From Chiloscyllium plagiosum (taxonomy: Eukaryota), in the NCBI RefSeq assembly GCF_004010195.1, contig NC_057755.1:4401285-4465284 (forward strand): a DNA stretch of 64,000 nucleotides. The letters run 5' to 3'. Below the pieces are notes generated by a model. That model had not been told where the DNA came from. It made no database searches and was given only the letters and a program-made list of their open reading frames with translations. Positions 1-13,300 of this stretch are shown in pieces. The first letter of the stretch is position 1. Each line of letters begins with the position of its first letter. The position numbers and the translations under genes were made by a program.

Positions 1-1139
1 GGAGAAGTTGTTTCTGCTTGTGAGAGAGTCTTGGACCAGATGGGCTTTCTTTCAAAATAAAGACGGGATGGTGTTCTCTCCATGAGAAATGAACACAGAA
101 CAGAAGTGATCATGAATGCAGTGAGTTTTATTCAAGTCAATGGAGGAAGAGTAGGCTTGTCACTCATTGCCGCTGACACAACTGAGGAGTGACAGCATTC
201 AGCACCAAGCAGAGCTTCGCTTTGGCCATGCTTCCCCCGTTGGAACTCACAAGCTCTTGCAACAGTTGAAGAACAAGAGACACTTCCCATTAATTTCGAA
301 CTCATTCTCTGCACACGTGCTTAGTCTGCAGTTCCCATTGTCTTTTCCACAGCGGAATGGCAGACCTGGTTCAAGAGAGAGAAGAAGAGATCACAGAATG
401 ATAGAATGTTGTGGCACAGAAGCGGCCAATTGGTCCATTGTACCTGTATGCATTTCGATTCCCTTATCCAATTTTCTGCATTCCACTCCAAGCAGTTCAC
501 GCGTCTTCTATACCAAGAACTGCTTAATGTTCCAATTGTTGCTTCAATGATGCACATAAGTTCACCTGAGAGCCTCCCAGTCTGAGCAACATGGAGGGGC
601 AAGACTGTGGGACAGTCTCTTTCAACTCCCCCAAACTAAAATCGCACTCCCTGTGTTGGAGATGGATTAGCAGCTTGCTATATCAACTTGGTGCAAAGTC
701 CTAGTCTTGTAACATTTCTGGGATTGATGCACTCCCCATTCAAATATTCGAAAACCAGTTATATTTGTTCACTTTTCTGTATGTTTCCCTAATTTCTCGT
801 GTTCCTAATCTATGCATAAGAAAGCGTACATACGCTTTTGTTTGGTCAAGGCAACTTGTCCTCGAATCTAATTTATCTGTCTCTTACTGTACGTTCAGCA
901 CTCACTCTCAATGTTATCACTTCATCCCTCGTGCATTTTCCGAACAATAGAAGAAATACAAAGTTTCCACCAGCTCTACCTCATGTCAAACGGCATTTCA
1001 GAAAAGAAATGGAGAAGATGAAGCTATTGAAGTATTCAACAGTTTGGATTTTGATGATGAAGATTATGATTCGGATGTATTGAATGAGATATTTTGAGAA
1101 CACTGTAAAGCAGGAAAGGATCTGATTTTTTTAAAAAAT

Positions 1140-1655
1140 TGGATTCCCAACAGCGTGGAAACATGCCCTTTGGCTCAGCAAGTGCACCTGAAGATAGACC
1201 CACCCCTATTCATTTTCCTACTTCACCTGTAATAACGTAACTAACACTTTGGGCAATTTAGCATTGCCAATTCACCTGACCTGCGCATCTTTTGGAATGT
1301 GAAAGGAAACACACACATACACAAGAAGGATGTGCTAACTCCACACAGCCAGCCACCCAAGGACAGAGGTAACAACAATGACTGCAGATGCTGGAAACCA
1401 GATTCTAGATCAGTGGTGCTGGAAGAGCACAGTAATTCAGGCAGCATCCGACGAGAAGCAAAATCGACGTTTCGGGCAAAAGCCCTGCAAAAGCTTTCAT
1501 TCCTGATGAAGGGCTTTTGCACGAAACGTCGATTTTGCTGCTCGTCGGATGCTGCCTGAATTGCTGAGCTCTTCCAGCACCACTGATCCAGAATCCACCC
1601 AAGGACAAAATCGAGCCCAGCTTCGGAGACAGCAGTGTAAACGAATGTGCTGCCC
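1140..1655 (-). mobile_element. HE1-like SINE remnant, interrupted by the 1366-1594 insertion
   Basis: gggcaatttagcattgccaattcacctgacctgcgcatcttttgga is the reverse complement of the core in 63130-63400. Confidence 0.7.
1366..1594. mobile_element. Short palindromic Penelope-derived insertion with hammerhead core
   Basis: Long inverted arms; CTGATGA...GAAACGTC at 1503-1530; 13-bp TSD ccacccaaggaca (1353-1365, 1595-1607). Confidence 0.85.
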
Positions 1656-1679
1656 ATTTATGGCACATTCAGTTAAAGA

Positions 1680-2135
1680 ACGGTAACAGAACTTTCAGTC
1701 CAACTCATCCATGATGACCAGGTATTTTACCCTCATGTGGTCACGTTTTCCAACACTTGGCACATATCTCTCTGAACCCTTCCTGTTCATATACCCATCC
1801 AGATGCCGTTTGAATGTTATACCAGCCTCCAACACTTCCTCTGGCAGCTCATCCTCTGTGCGCAAACATTGCCCCTCTAACCCTAAACATTGCCCCTGAG
1901 GTCCCTTTTAAATATTTCCCCTCTAACCCTAAAGCTCTAGCCTCGAGTTCTGAACTACCCCACTCCAGTGAAAAGATCTTGTCAATTTACCCTAATCACG
2001 TCCGTCATGACTTTATACATCTCTAGACGGTAACCCCTCAGCCTCTGACGCTCCAGAGTCAACAATCCCAGCCTATTCAGCCTCTCCCTATAGCTCCAAT
2101 GCTCCAACCGCGACAAAATCCTTCATAATGTTTTT
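1680..2135 (-). mobile_element. CR1-clade LINE 3' tail
   Basis: Similar by eye to the 3' parts of 24030-24420 and 36320-36700. Confidence 0.75.
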
Positions 2136-3289
2136 CACCAGAGTGCAAGAGCAACTGGAATCAATAGGTGTGTTTATGAAGGCTTTATTTTCTCAGTTCA
2201 AAGGCCTGTGAGTGGAATCCGATTACATATTCACTGACGAAGGAGACAATTGGGTGTGGCATCACGAAAGACCATGTCAGGGTTATATTATTCAGAAAGC
2301 CAATTCTCACATTAAAAAGTCCAATAGATACTTGCAGAGCGGGTGAAATGTGCCAGAGTTAAATAAAAGCACTGCATCAAGATGTTGTAGTGTCTGCCCA
2401 CAAAGAATATTATTACTCCAAAAACGTTGCAACCTGTCCAGCGCCTGAGACATGTCCTGCCCAGGGACTGGCACAAATCTCTGCCTTTCCTTGGCTTTTT
2501 TGCACTTTGATGGCTCAGCCAGAACCTAATGTTTCACAGTGCTCCTGTCTTGCCTGGTTGTTTATCACAGACATAAGCCAGGCAGCTTATCGTTGTTGTT
2601 AGCGGTGATCAGTCAAGGGGTTGGACTGTCAGACACTTGGAACAGCAGCTAAAGCAGCAAACACTCTGCATGTACTTCAACCAAATGGGCACGTCTCATA
2701 GCCTCAGGAAACAAGTTCTAAGTCAGGGCAAGGGAGACAGTATTCAGTCTGGAGATACTGGCACAGCATGTCTAACGATTTTGACATTGTTTGGGACAAT
2801 CAAGATCAGGGAATCACTGCAGAGCAGAGGGGTGGCCACACAAACTACTTATTATATCCCCAAAATGCTCCGGTAGAATTTTCGATCCTAAATTCCCGTT
2901 CACCAATCCATGCTGACCCTGTCCGTTCCTGTCATTGGGGATCAGTTCGATGAAATTCTCAGGGAGAGCTTCGGGGGACCTTGCAGTAGCAGTGAAGTTG
3001 GGGAAGCCAGTTCTGGTCAGTGGGGACAGCCTGCCTGTAGGCAGAGTGGACAGCAATTGTGGAATGGGTGGGAAAGTCACTACATTAGAGGGGATGGATA
3101 CAAGGGTTACTGTGGAAGTGCGAGTCACCTTCACTCTCCCGGTTTGATGTGGGGACAGTACAGCATGGTGGTTGTCATGGCGACGCTGTAGGCCTGGGAC
3201 ATTGGAATGCGTAATGTTTTGAGGTCAAGTTTGTAAATGAAGGAGCTCTGTGGAAAAGTACAGAAGCTCATGGACACGACACAAAGTGC

Positions 3290-3765
3290 AAGGAAGAAGG
3301 GAAAATGAGATGTCACGTTGCTGCTTTATAAGACTGTTGTTTGGCTTCTCTTGTAGTGTTGTGTTTAATTCTTGTCACCACGTTACAGGAAAGATGTGGA
3401 GGGTGCAGAAAAGTTTTATCAGGATGCTGATTGTGTTAGAGGTTATGAGATATGAGGAGACTCTCGAAAAACTCAGGTTGTTTTCCTTGGAGCAGAGGGG
3501 ACTGAGTGGAGACTTCGGTGAAGTCTATAAAATTGTGAGACACTGAAATGGAGTTGACAGTCAGAATCTCTTCCCCAGAATTGAAATTTCTAAAACAATG
3601 AAGCAAACATTCAAGATGAAAATAGGAAAGTTCAAACAAATGTGGGGGCAAGGTGTTTTTGCCACAGAGAGTGGTATGTGTCTGGAACGTAATCTCAGGG
3701 GTGGGAGTTGGCCCTACAAGCATATGGATGTGCAAGGAATTGAGCGATACAGACCAAATGAGAAT
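3290..3765 (+). mobile_element. CR1-clade LINE 3' fragment
   Basis: RVQKSFIRML...MRYEETLEKLRLFSLEQRGLSGDFGEVYKIV. Confidence 0.8.
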
Positions 3766-5779
3766 CAACCAGCTGGAACTACCAGTTCCTAAATAACTGA
3801 AGACAGAAGCAAATGTATTTGCAGGAATGGTGTGCAGCAGCCTTATAGAAATGATAGACTGGAAATCAGATAGTGTTTAGTTGTTGACTTGATCAGGAGA
3901 TCTGTTACTGCCATGGAGATCAGGGAAAGTTCTGAAGAGACTGTATTCCCCCCGAGACAGCATCACAGTGCTCACCAGGGTCAAGAGCAGATCAGGAAAA
4001 TACAAGCCGAATCATAACACAGAATTCATCTCAAACATTTGTTTGCAGTTAAAACTTTCCTTTGATCATTACCCACAAATTGAAAGATTCTAATGTTTCC
4101 AAGAAACGGATATCTATTTGGGCTGGAATATGTTTGTGGAAGATTAGTAGGAATTGTAATGGTGTGCAGATTTATTAACCAGGCGCTCTTTAACACATAA
4201 AAGCCACACGATCTGATTGCAATTTCCCGAATTACAGAGCATTCCGCACTAAATGTTAAGAATTCAGTGGGCTCAACAAAGGATTTCCCTCCATCTCCGA
4301 TTCTTAAAGTCTTCTCATTGTTTTCGTCAATCCTCCTAAATCGAGCATACACTCTCTGAACACAGAAGCAGATTTATCGTTTCAAGTTCAGTTGACTCTC
4401 AATGACTTTCAACTCAAAACTTTAATCCAATGTGTGTCTCCCCAGACGTCAACCACTTCCTGCAGCATTCACAATATTTTACTGTGTAATTTCGATTCTA
4501 GTTTGCACACTTATATAATGGCTCCTGATCATTTACTTTTTGTATATACCACCTACTTATCCCACTTCAAGAAGATGTTAATGAAATTTCGCTGAGCTGA
4601 AATGTTCACTGTGTGTATTCCCACCTGCCTGATATGTTGAATATTCCCAGCCATGTCCTTCTGTGAGTTAGACCTTTATACATCGGCAATGTCTCACAAC
4701 GTCAGTCGATGGAAAGATTTCCAGAATCAGCGAAAGATTTCTCTCGAATGAAACAGTAATTTGTGGAAAGATTATATGCTTTCTGTCTTGGAATCGTCTG
4801 CTCTAAGTCCATTGGGAGAATTTCACATTAATTCTGTCAGATCAATGCTAGTTTTGATTCAATTCAGATTCCATCATTGATCAGACCAGTGTGCTTTTTA
4901 CACATGACCTCCATCAATGGATCAGGATCGCAGCATTATTGGCGTTTGTGGGTCAGCATTGAGTCCAAGGTCATCACCATTCGCTGCATAAAATTTCTTT
5001 CTCGCATTCTCACTGTGGAACATCCCCAAACTGAAGGAACTCTACTCTGATCCTTTTATGGTCAGCTAATGGAAACAGCTTCACTTTATTTACCTTTTGT
5101 TAACCAATCATAAACTACTGCTTCCACTCTGTCAAATCTCCCCTCAATGCCGATTTCTACAACCTAACCTCATGACTGCAATCTGTCATTCCCCAAACCT
5201 TGCTAGTAAATCTTCTGAGTCCCCTGTCAGAAACCCTGCATCCTTCCCAGTGTTCTGAGTTCCGATAGCTTTCCAGTTGCAGGCTCCACCTGAAACTTAG
5301 CAGGATATTTTTCAGAAGTTAAATTATTTCAGAGCTTTTTGAGCTATCGTCACCAATGTCATTTTTTTTTTGCTATAGTCTGTTCCATGTGTAACGTTCC
5401 ATGTCTGTGTGACTGCGATGGCTTCTTACTGTTGGTCTGAATCTATGTCCATCCATTGCTCTGTCTCACCTCTACAAATCCTTATCACATTGCCATTGCC
5501 TCCCTTCCACTGTCTTTAATAATGAGTGTATTTTAGCATGGTTAGGTATTTAACTTCTGCTTGTGCCAACTGTGTTTAACTGAGATTCCTCTCACTATCG
5601 ATGTGCTGCTAATTTACAAATTTTATCTTCCCTCAGTTTCTCTACAGACGCAAGTTATTTGTCCATGCACTACAATGTGTTACTCCTACATTTCTGAGCT
5701 TATAGTGATGATAATATTGTGCACTGATCTTATTCCCATCTGAAACATGAACTGTGTTATTTTTCTCTCCACAGATACT

Positions 5780-6595
5780 GTCCAACTCTCTGATAACATC
5801 CAACACTTCCAATCCACTTTCTGTCAACACTGTTTCCTCCGTGACTGTATGGTTAGGTCCACGCCCCTTACAGCCCACCCTTCCCTCCTGACACCTTCCC
5901 CTGCCACCACAGGAATTGCAAAACCTGCGCCCACACTGCCCTCCTCACTGCGCCCAAGGCCCCAAAGGAGCCTTCTACATCCATAAAAGTTCACCTGCAC
6001 TTCCACACGTTTCATTTATTTTATATGTTACTCCCCATGCGGTCTCCTCTACATTGGGGAGACCGGCCACGTCCTCGAAGAGTGCTTCAGAGGACTTCTC
6101 CGAGACACCAGCACCAACGAACCACACCGCCCCGTGGCTGAACATTTCAACACTCCACCCACTCTGCCGAGGACATGCAGGCTCTGGGCCTCCTCCATCG
6201 TCATTCCCCTACCATCCAATGCCTGGAGGAAGAATGCCTCATCTTCTGCCTCGGAACCTTTCAAGCCCATGGCATCAATGTGGACTTCACCAGTTTCCTC
6301 ATTTCCCCTCCTCCACCTTATCCCAGTTCCAATCTCCCCGCTTAGCACTGCCCTCATGCCCTGCCCCATCTGTCCATCTTCCTTCCTAGCTGGCCGCTCC
6401 ACCCTCCTTTCTGACCTATCACTATTCGCTCTACCTCCATCCACCGATTTCACTTTCAGCTATCTTCCGCCACCCCATTTATCTCTTGAGCCCAGAAGGT
6501 CCCAGCCTCATTCCTGATGAAGGGCTTTTGCCCAAAACGTTGATTTTCCTGTTCCTCGATGCTGCCTCAGCTGCTGTGTTTTCTTTCCCCAGAAC
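5780..6595 (+). mobile_element. 3' fragment of Penelope-like element (GIY-YIG endonuclease remnant plus hammerhead-bearing end)
   Basis: About 6010-6150 translates to FIYFICYSPCGLLYIGETGHVLEECFRGL...RPVAEHFN; ends with ctgatgaagggcttttgcccaaaacg. Confidence 0.85.
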
Positions 6596-9500
6596 CGCTA
6601 TGAAGTGAAATCTAATTGAGGGGAATCGGTAATTTAAATTCAGAGCACACAAATATAGCAACTACAATAGTATCCAGACACCTCAAAAAGCGGTTTCATA
6701 AGGCGACGAAGATGATTTTTATTGCACTTTCTGCAGTTTACAATATTTTCTGATGGACTCTCACAAATTTTACGTGAGTAATGAGGAGTGGGTGTTTTAG
6801 ACCATCACTGACCAGTTTAATGTCCTTCTCCTAATATCTCAGGTTCAACATCGCAAGGGATTGGGCAAAACAGTTCTGTCTCTCGGTCCTTCTCTCTTTC
6901 GCCCAAAGACAAAGACAGAGATAACTCAGCAGGACTGGCATCATCCGTGGGAGAAAAAGCAGAGTTAATATTTTGGGTCAAATGAACATTTAATTCTCAT
7001 AATGCCATACCAAGAGCACCAATAAAAGCAAGGGTGTAATGGAACACCCTCTCAACGTAGAATTGGTCGAAATATTTCTCCGTGTGAGGTGAAGTGTCCT
7101 TTCAGGCAGAATCCGGAATCTGCCAGCAATAACGCTTTCTACTCAAACACCACTGGTCCCATCCCGAGATCACAGAATATTTCGTTTGATATTGCATCGG
7201 GACAATTTATTCTAGTGTGAAAACATGTCACAGAGCTGTCCTTCTGCACTCCAGGGTAGGAGCTGCCCTCTTTAAACAAGAACATTTCACTCACTGATTG
7301 ACATGGGAATCTTCTCACTCTCTGAATGTGTGATTTGCTGCTGACGTCAGCATTTATTCCCCATTCCCTATTTCCCAAGATCTGGAGTCACATGAAGGAC
7401 CGAGTGAGGACAACGCACTCTCTTTCCTGAGGGAAGGGGAATCAGTGAATAAGATGGGTTTCCAACAATGGAGAGATCACTGACCTCACTCTTACTGACA
7501 ATGTCCATCGAGACATCTACAGAACGGCAGAGGTTTCAATGCGAATAGGGATAGAGTCACCATGGTATTCATGTGCATCCATCTTTTAATGTGACACGAT
7601 CAGCTGAAGAGCATAACAGCAACCGTTTCGGATCTTTCGTATCACAAATTACACTGCGAGGAAAAATAACAGGAAAGGTATGAAGAAAAAGTGCCTTTAT
7701 TGAAAAACTGAAATCTAACCTCAGCAGGTCTGGCAGTATCTGTGATGAGAGAACCACATCCCATTTCTCTCGCGCTAGTCTCCGAGCCACCAATGTTCCT
7801 GCCTAACCTGAATGGCCCTGTGCCAAGTAACACTTGGGAGAGATAATAATCCAGGGGTTTAGCTTCTAAATTGGACACCGAGCTCCTGACAGTGCGTTGG
7901 CAAAACCTAATTTCTTGCCTGGTATGTGTTGTCTCTAAGTACGTGGATCAGTAAGATTGTCTCATGCCCATCCCATTGTGAACTTATCGAGAGCCCTGAC
8001 CTTGGGCCCTGAAACCCAGCACAGGAATGGAACACAGTCTCCTGGACTCACGTTCATTACTGCAGAGAAAGGTGTCGATTCCTGTGAGCCCCCTCCTACA
8101 ATTCCATTACTTTTGGTGTTCTCCCACTTGACTGGTTTTCTGTTCATTTGGTACCAGTCTTGCCAAAGATGAGCCTCCTGTATCCCTGCTGTCTGGCTCC
8201 CTATGGAACACCCGACTGTCAATCACACTCTCTTGTCGCTGAACACTGACCAAATCACGCAGTTTAACCATAAAAGGTGTGACGCCCTCCTGCTGCAAAT
8301 AATCCAACGAACATTCCCCCTCCCCAAGACATTGTCTGTATTTTAGCCTAATATTCACATACTGCAGCTATGAGACATACTCATTGCTGCTGGCCTTGAT
8401 GTGCTCCAATTAACTTCTTCTTTTTCTCGAATTAGGTTTAGATTTACATGTTTTCACATCTTTTCTTGAACTAAAACTTCATCACTGGCTTGATATAAAG
8501 CTAACAACACATATTCTAGTGTAAGACCAACGCAAGTGGTGAGTTGCTCTCGTGTGACAAGATTCATATGCTCCAACCAAAAGGAATCGATCTGACTCAG
8601 TTGTGGAGGAGCCATTTTCAGCTGCTTCTTTGAGTAACTAAGGCCAAGTTTATTGCTCCCTCGGTAGATCTTGTCTAACGTTTCTGTAATGTGGAAATTT
8701 CACATCTTTAACTGTAGATTTCACTAAACTCCAACCTAATAACATGTACAAACAAAATGCGAATTGCCTAAAAGTTTAGATTCTCTTGCACAGTTCTTCA
8801 TTCTCCCTTTCGACTTTTCTCTCGCCGGTCAAACTACATCACCTTGGAGAATGAGAATGGTGGTGGAGGGAAGATGGGAATTTCACTGCAATAATCATCC
8901 AGAAACACAAAAGAACATTCCCACCATAACAGCTGGTGAAGTGTGAAATAGAAAGAAAAAATGTAATAATGATGCAGCTGTGGAAGTTCTCAATTTTCCT
9001 AAATATCCATCTGGTTCCGGAATATTTGTGCTGGAATAAGAACGATATTTTTCACTTAGTCTGGCTCGATGTGACTCCAGAACCAGAGTAACGTGTCGCT
9101 GTCTCTCAGCTGCCCTCTCAGCTGTGATTACTGACAGACGATGAACGTTGAAATAAAATATTATCTCCTCTTCAGTTTACAGGTCATGACTGTCCTTGCC
9201 CCACGTCACCCCAGCTCCAGCTTCCATCTTAGCACCGCTCTCATGACCTATCCTACCTGCAGATCTTCCATTCCACCTATCAACTCCACCCTCCTCTCTG
9301 ACCTATCACTTCATCCCCACCACCATTCAACCATTGTCCTCTTTGCTACCTTTTTCCACCCTCCATTCTGACCATCTCCAGCTCCATNNNNNNNNNNNNN
9401 NNNNNNNNNNNNNNNNNNNNNNNNNNNNNNNNNNNNNNNNNNNNNNNNNNNNNNNNNNNNNNNNNNNNNNNNNNNNNNNNNNNNNNNNNNNNNNNNNNNN

Positions 9501-10304
9501 NNNNNNNNNNNNNNNNNNNNNNNNNNNNNNNNNNNNNNNNNNNNNNNNNNNNNNNNNNNNNNNNNNNNNNNNNNNNNNNNNNNNNNNNNNNNNNNNNNNN
9601 NNNNNNNNNNNNNNNNNNNNNNNNNNNNNNNNNNNNNNNNNNNNNNNNNNNNNNNNNNNNNNNNNNNNNNNNNNNNNNNNNNNNNNNNNNNNNNNNNNNN
9701 NNNNNNNNNNNNNNNNNNNNNNNNNNNNNNNNNNNNNNNNNNNNNNNNNNNNNNNNNNNNNNNNNNNNNNNNNNNNNNNNNNNNNNNNNNNNNNNNNNNN
9801 NNNNNNNNNNNNNNNNNNNNNNNNNNNNNNNNNNNNNNNNNNNNNNNNNNNNNNNNNNNNNNNNNNNNNNNNNNNNNNNNNNNNNNNNNNNNNNNNNNNN
9901 NNNNNNNNNNNNNNNNNNNNNNNNNNNNNNNNNNNNNNNNNNNNNNNNNNNNNNNNNNNNNNNNNNNNNNNNNNNNNNNNNNNNNNNNNNNNNNNNNNNN
10001 NNNNNNNNNNNNNNNNNNNNNNNNNNNNNNNNNNNNNNNNNNNNNNNNNNNNNNNNNNNNNNNNNNNNNNNNNNNNNNNNNNNNNNNNNNNNNNNNNNNN
10101 NNNNNNNNNNNNNNNNNNNNNNNNNNNNNNNNNNNNNNNNNNNNNNNNNNNNNNNNNNNNNNNNNNNNNNNNNNNNNNNNNNNNNNNNNNNNNNNNATAT
10201 GGAGGATAGTGGGCTAGTGTAGGTTAGGTGGGCTTGGATCGGCGCAACATCGAGGGCCAAAGGGCCTGTACTGCGCTGTATTCTTCTATGTTCTATGTTC
10301 TATA

Positions 10305-13300
10305 ATGATTCATTTATTCATTACTTTCTTATAATACTTTATACTATTTATAATAATCAGTTGTATTCGCCCCAATCAAATTTCATTGGCAGGGTCGCTT
10401 GTTTTAATTCCATTGCACATTGTCAGTGACCTGTCTTATTGCCTCATGGCTAACTTAAAACACGGCTGCATTAATTTATTGTTAATTAAACAATGGAAAG
10501 ATACCTTACTGTCCAGTTGAAGACATTCTGCATGTGTTCTTTATACACACATAAAGAACATGAGAAAACAGTGTAAGGTCACTAAGGTTGAGGAGTATAT
10601 AAATAAGGTTAAAGCAATAACACAATAATATGAAGAACTTAGTTTCTACTCGGAATCCCGAGCCTATGCCTGGCACACTGACCCTTTTTGAGGATTGCAA
10701 TTTTGTTCCTGTAAACCCGCTGAGTCCCTAACATCTCCGGATAGTCCCCTTCCTTAATTTAAACTTTCCAGTTGTCCAAACCTTTCTTCCTTTTGAATAT
10801 GAAGCATCCAGCCTTCAAAGCCGATATCATGGTCATAAGTGGCCTGCCCCATCCTAAACCTGGTCCCATCCCAGGAACTAAATTTACGTTAATGAAGCAT
10901 GCCCCCGACTGTAAGACCAAACCGGCCCAATTTGCTCAATATGTCCAAGTGATACGGATGAAAATGCAGTAAAACTCTGGAATTGGCCTGAATATGATGG
11001 GTTGTGTTACAAGACTGAAAGATGTGGCTATTTGTCTAATGGAAGCGACAAACAATTGAACAATAATCAAGATGGTTAATTATCTTTACTTAACCCTATG
11101 GTTTTGCAATGTTTTCTGCCTGGGGTCACTGTCAGGATCCAGGCCAACAGTACGAACCAGTCCAGGGATTTCCAGTCGCAAATGAGGTGAGCGGTGTTTT
11201 TTTTTATTGGGATGGTCGGAACCGGACTGAACCATGATGCAAGTTACAGGTAAACCAAATTATATCCAGCGCCCTCACGATCCCAAAAGCCATATGCCAG
11301 TCCTGATATGGTTGATTGGAACCAGGATAGCCAATGGGGGCGGAACCTACCTCATGTACTTATCCGACGACCACTGCTGGACAACCTCTTCCCGAAAATG
11401 GGGACAGGCAATTCCCAGAACTTCACCTTTGAGACGAGGAACAAGAAAGCAAAATCTCCCAGGGACATACGCCTGGCCCTTGCTTTAACTGTTGAAATGT
11501 GACCAAGGCGGAGTAATAAGTTTTTAATGGTAGCTCGGAACTGATGTTGGGAATCGGCATGCTTTCATCCTATCAAAAGGAAAATCTACAAATATACACT
11601 GACTCTTCATTGTGCTTTTAAAATGATCCTCGATGTTGGAGTTTTGTGGGAACATTGAAGATTTGTAACCACCCAAGGGGGCAGTGTTATAGTAATGCTA
11701 TTTTGTCAAATCAATCTGACGCTTTTCAGGATGATTAGCTCATGCCAATAAAGCTGATACTGTTTCTAAAGTAGTGGGTAAGTATATGCAGCTGCCAAGT
11801 AGGCCGACTTTCACAGCAAACTTCTGAGCCCATTGGGTCCCCCAGCAAAACCCGGTTAGACACAGAATAAGGACGGGTATGCCAGCTCTGGGTAAGGTAC
11901 AGAAATCACCGGGGACTGAGACTGTCTGTTCAGTGTCAATTCACAATGCAAAGGTTGATTTATCTATTGCTTACTCACTGTAAGCAGATTTAGTGTTTGG
12001 ATCATTTTCCATATTGTTTAGAAATTTGGAAGTAATTTTCAAATGACCATTTCTGAAATGATACAGGCACTTCATATTAAAATATACTACTGACTGAATT
12101 ATCAAGTGATTTGAGTTAATACATAGACCCTAAGACTTTGCTTTGTGTATGCAGCTTATCTGAATGCACACTAGTTGATTTGATTTATATTTGGACGGGG
12201 CTGTTAGATGTAAGGAGGAATGTCCGGCTGAACTATTACCTTCAATTAGACGTTTGATACTGAACAGTGATGGTTTATAATTTTAAGACTGCACCAATGT
12301 CCAAATTCAAGGTTAGCTCAATATTAGAAAATGTCAGTGTGGTTTGAAAGCTTTGTGTCATGTTACTATAATTTGGGGACTGCATTGCCCACCAGCTACT
12401 CATCGCCAACTTTTCTGTTCAAAATGACCATCTAATTGCTACACTTAATTCTAAATACTGTTAACTACAGCTGTAGGTCGGACCATTCGATTTGGCACGA
12501 AGTTAACGTATGATTTTAAAGAGAATACAATATATTGCGGAACTAATCAAAATTTTAGGTAATGTTGATGTTTTTCGCAGCAAAACTTCCAAGACTATTA
12601 CCTCTTAGCAAAGCTGGCTTTATAAAAATAGGATTGCTTAATTCGCCCATGCCAGAGCTCCTCCATATAAAGTAAGAAAATAATGGGTAGGAAGGGAATC
12701 TCTGGTGCAAAGTTTAAAATGAATGAGCTTTTTGCCAGTGTGGGCTATATATTTACTCAAGTGGGCTACATGAGTTTGATTAATTTGAGAATTATTTATT
12801 TCAAAATTGCTCTTTGGACTGCTGTAGGGGACAAATTATGGCCTCAAATCGGGCACTCACGCGATATTCACACCAGAATATAGGGAGTCCTGCTACATTC
12901 GTTTGTGTTACTTCTTTGCTGCTGTATATTTTAATTGAGGATGTGTATATTGTATACACTTATATACAAGGAGGGAATGGTTTATTCTTTATTCCAATGG
13001 ACACTTCACGGCCTCCTACGCTAATGGGAAGGACCTTCCAGGTCCTCCTCACCACCCCAACTGTTACTTCGGTCACCGAACGTTCTGCCTGAGTTCATCT
13101 CCCACATTGCAAGCTCATTCGACAAGCCACTTGCAAAGGGGGTGGAAGGGAAGAGAGAATAAAGATAGAACTTGCCCTGCTGCGTGGACTTGCATTGCCA
13201 GCTTTGGAGCACAAGAAGGGACAGTTTCCCTGTGCGCTCCTGAGCAACCAGAGACTGTGTACCATCTCTGCAAGGAAGATGTCCTTGTGTGCCGAGAGAC

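Noticed and set aside
2620..3220. Possible Gypsy gag/protease relic
   Set aside because: Only a vague resemblance; no diagnostic catalytic or zinc-knuckle motif readable.
4026..4352. 108-aa minus-strand ORF
   Set aside because: No recognisable motif or splice support.
9334..10260. Long ORFs spanning N runs (also near 14.3, 17.1, 41.4, 47.4, 59.5 and 62.4 kb)
   Set aside because: Artefacts of assembly gaps translated as X.
10735..10760. Minus-strand ggaaggggact resembling a PPT
   Set aside because: Not followed by TG, and the coding remnants of that element are on the plus strand.
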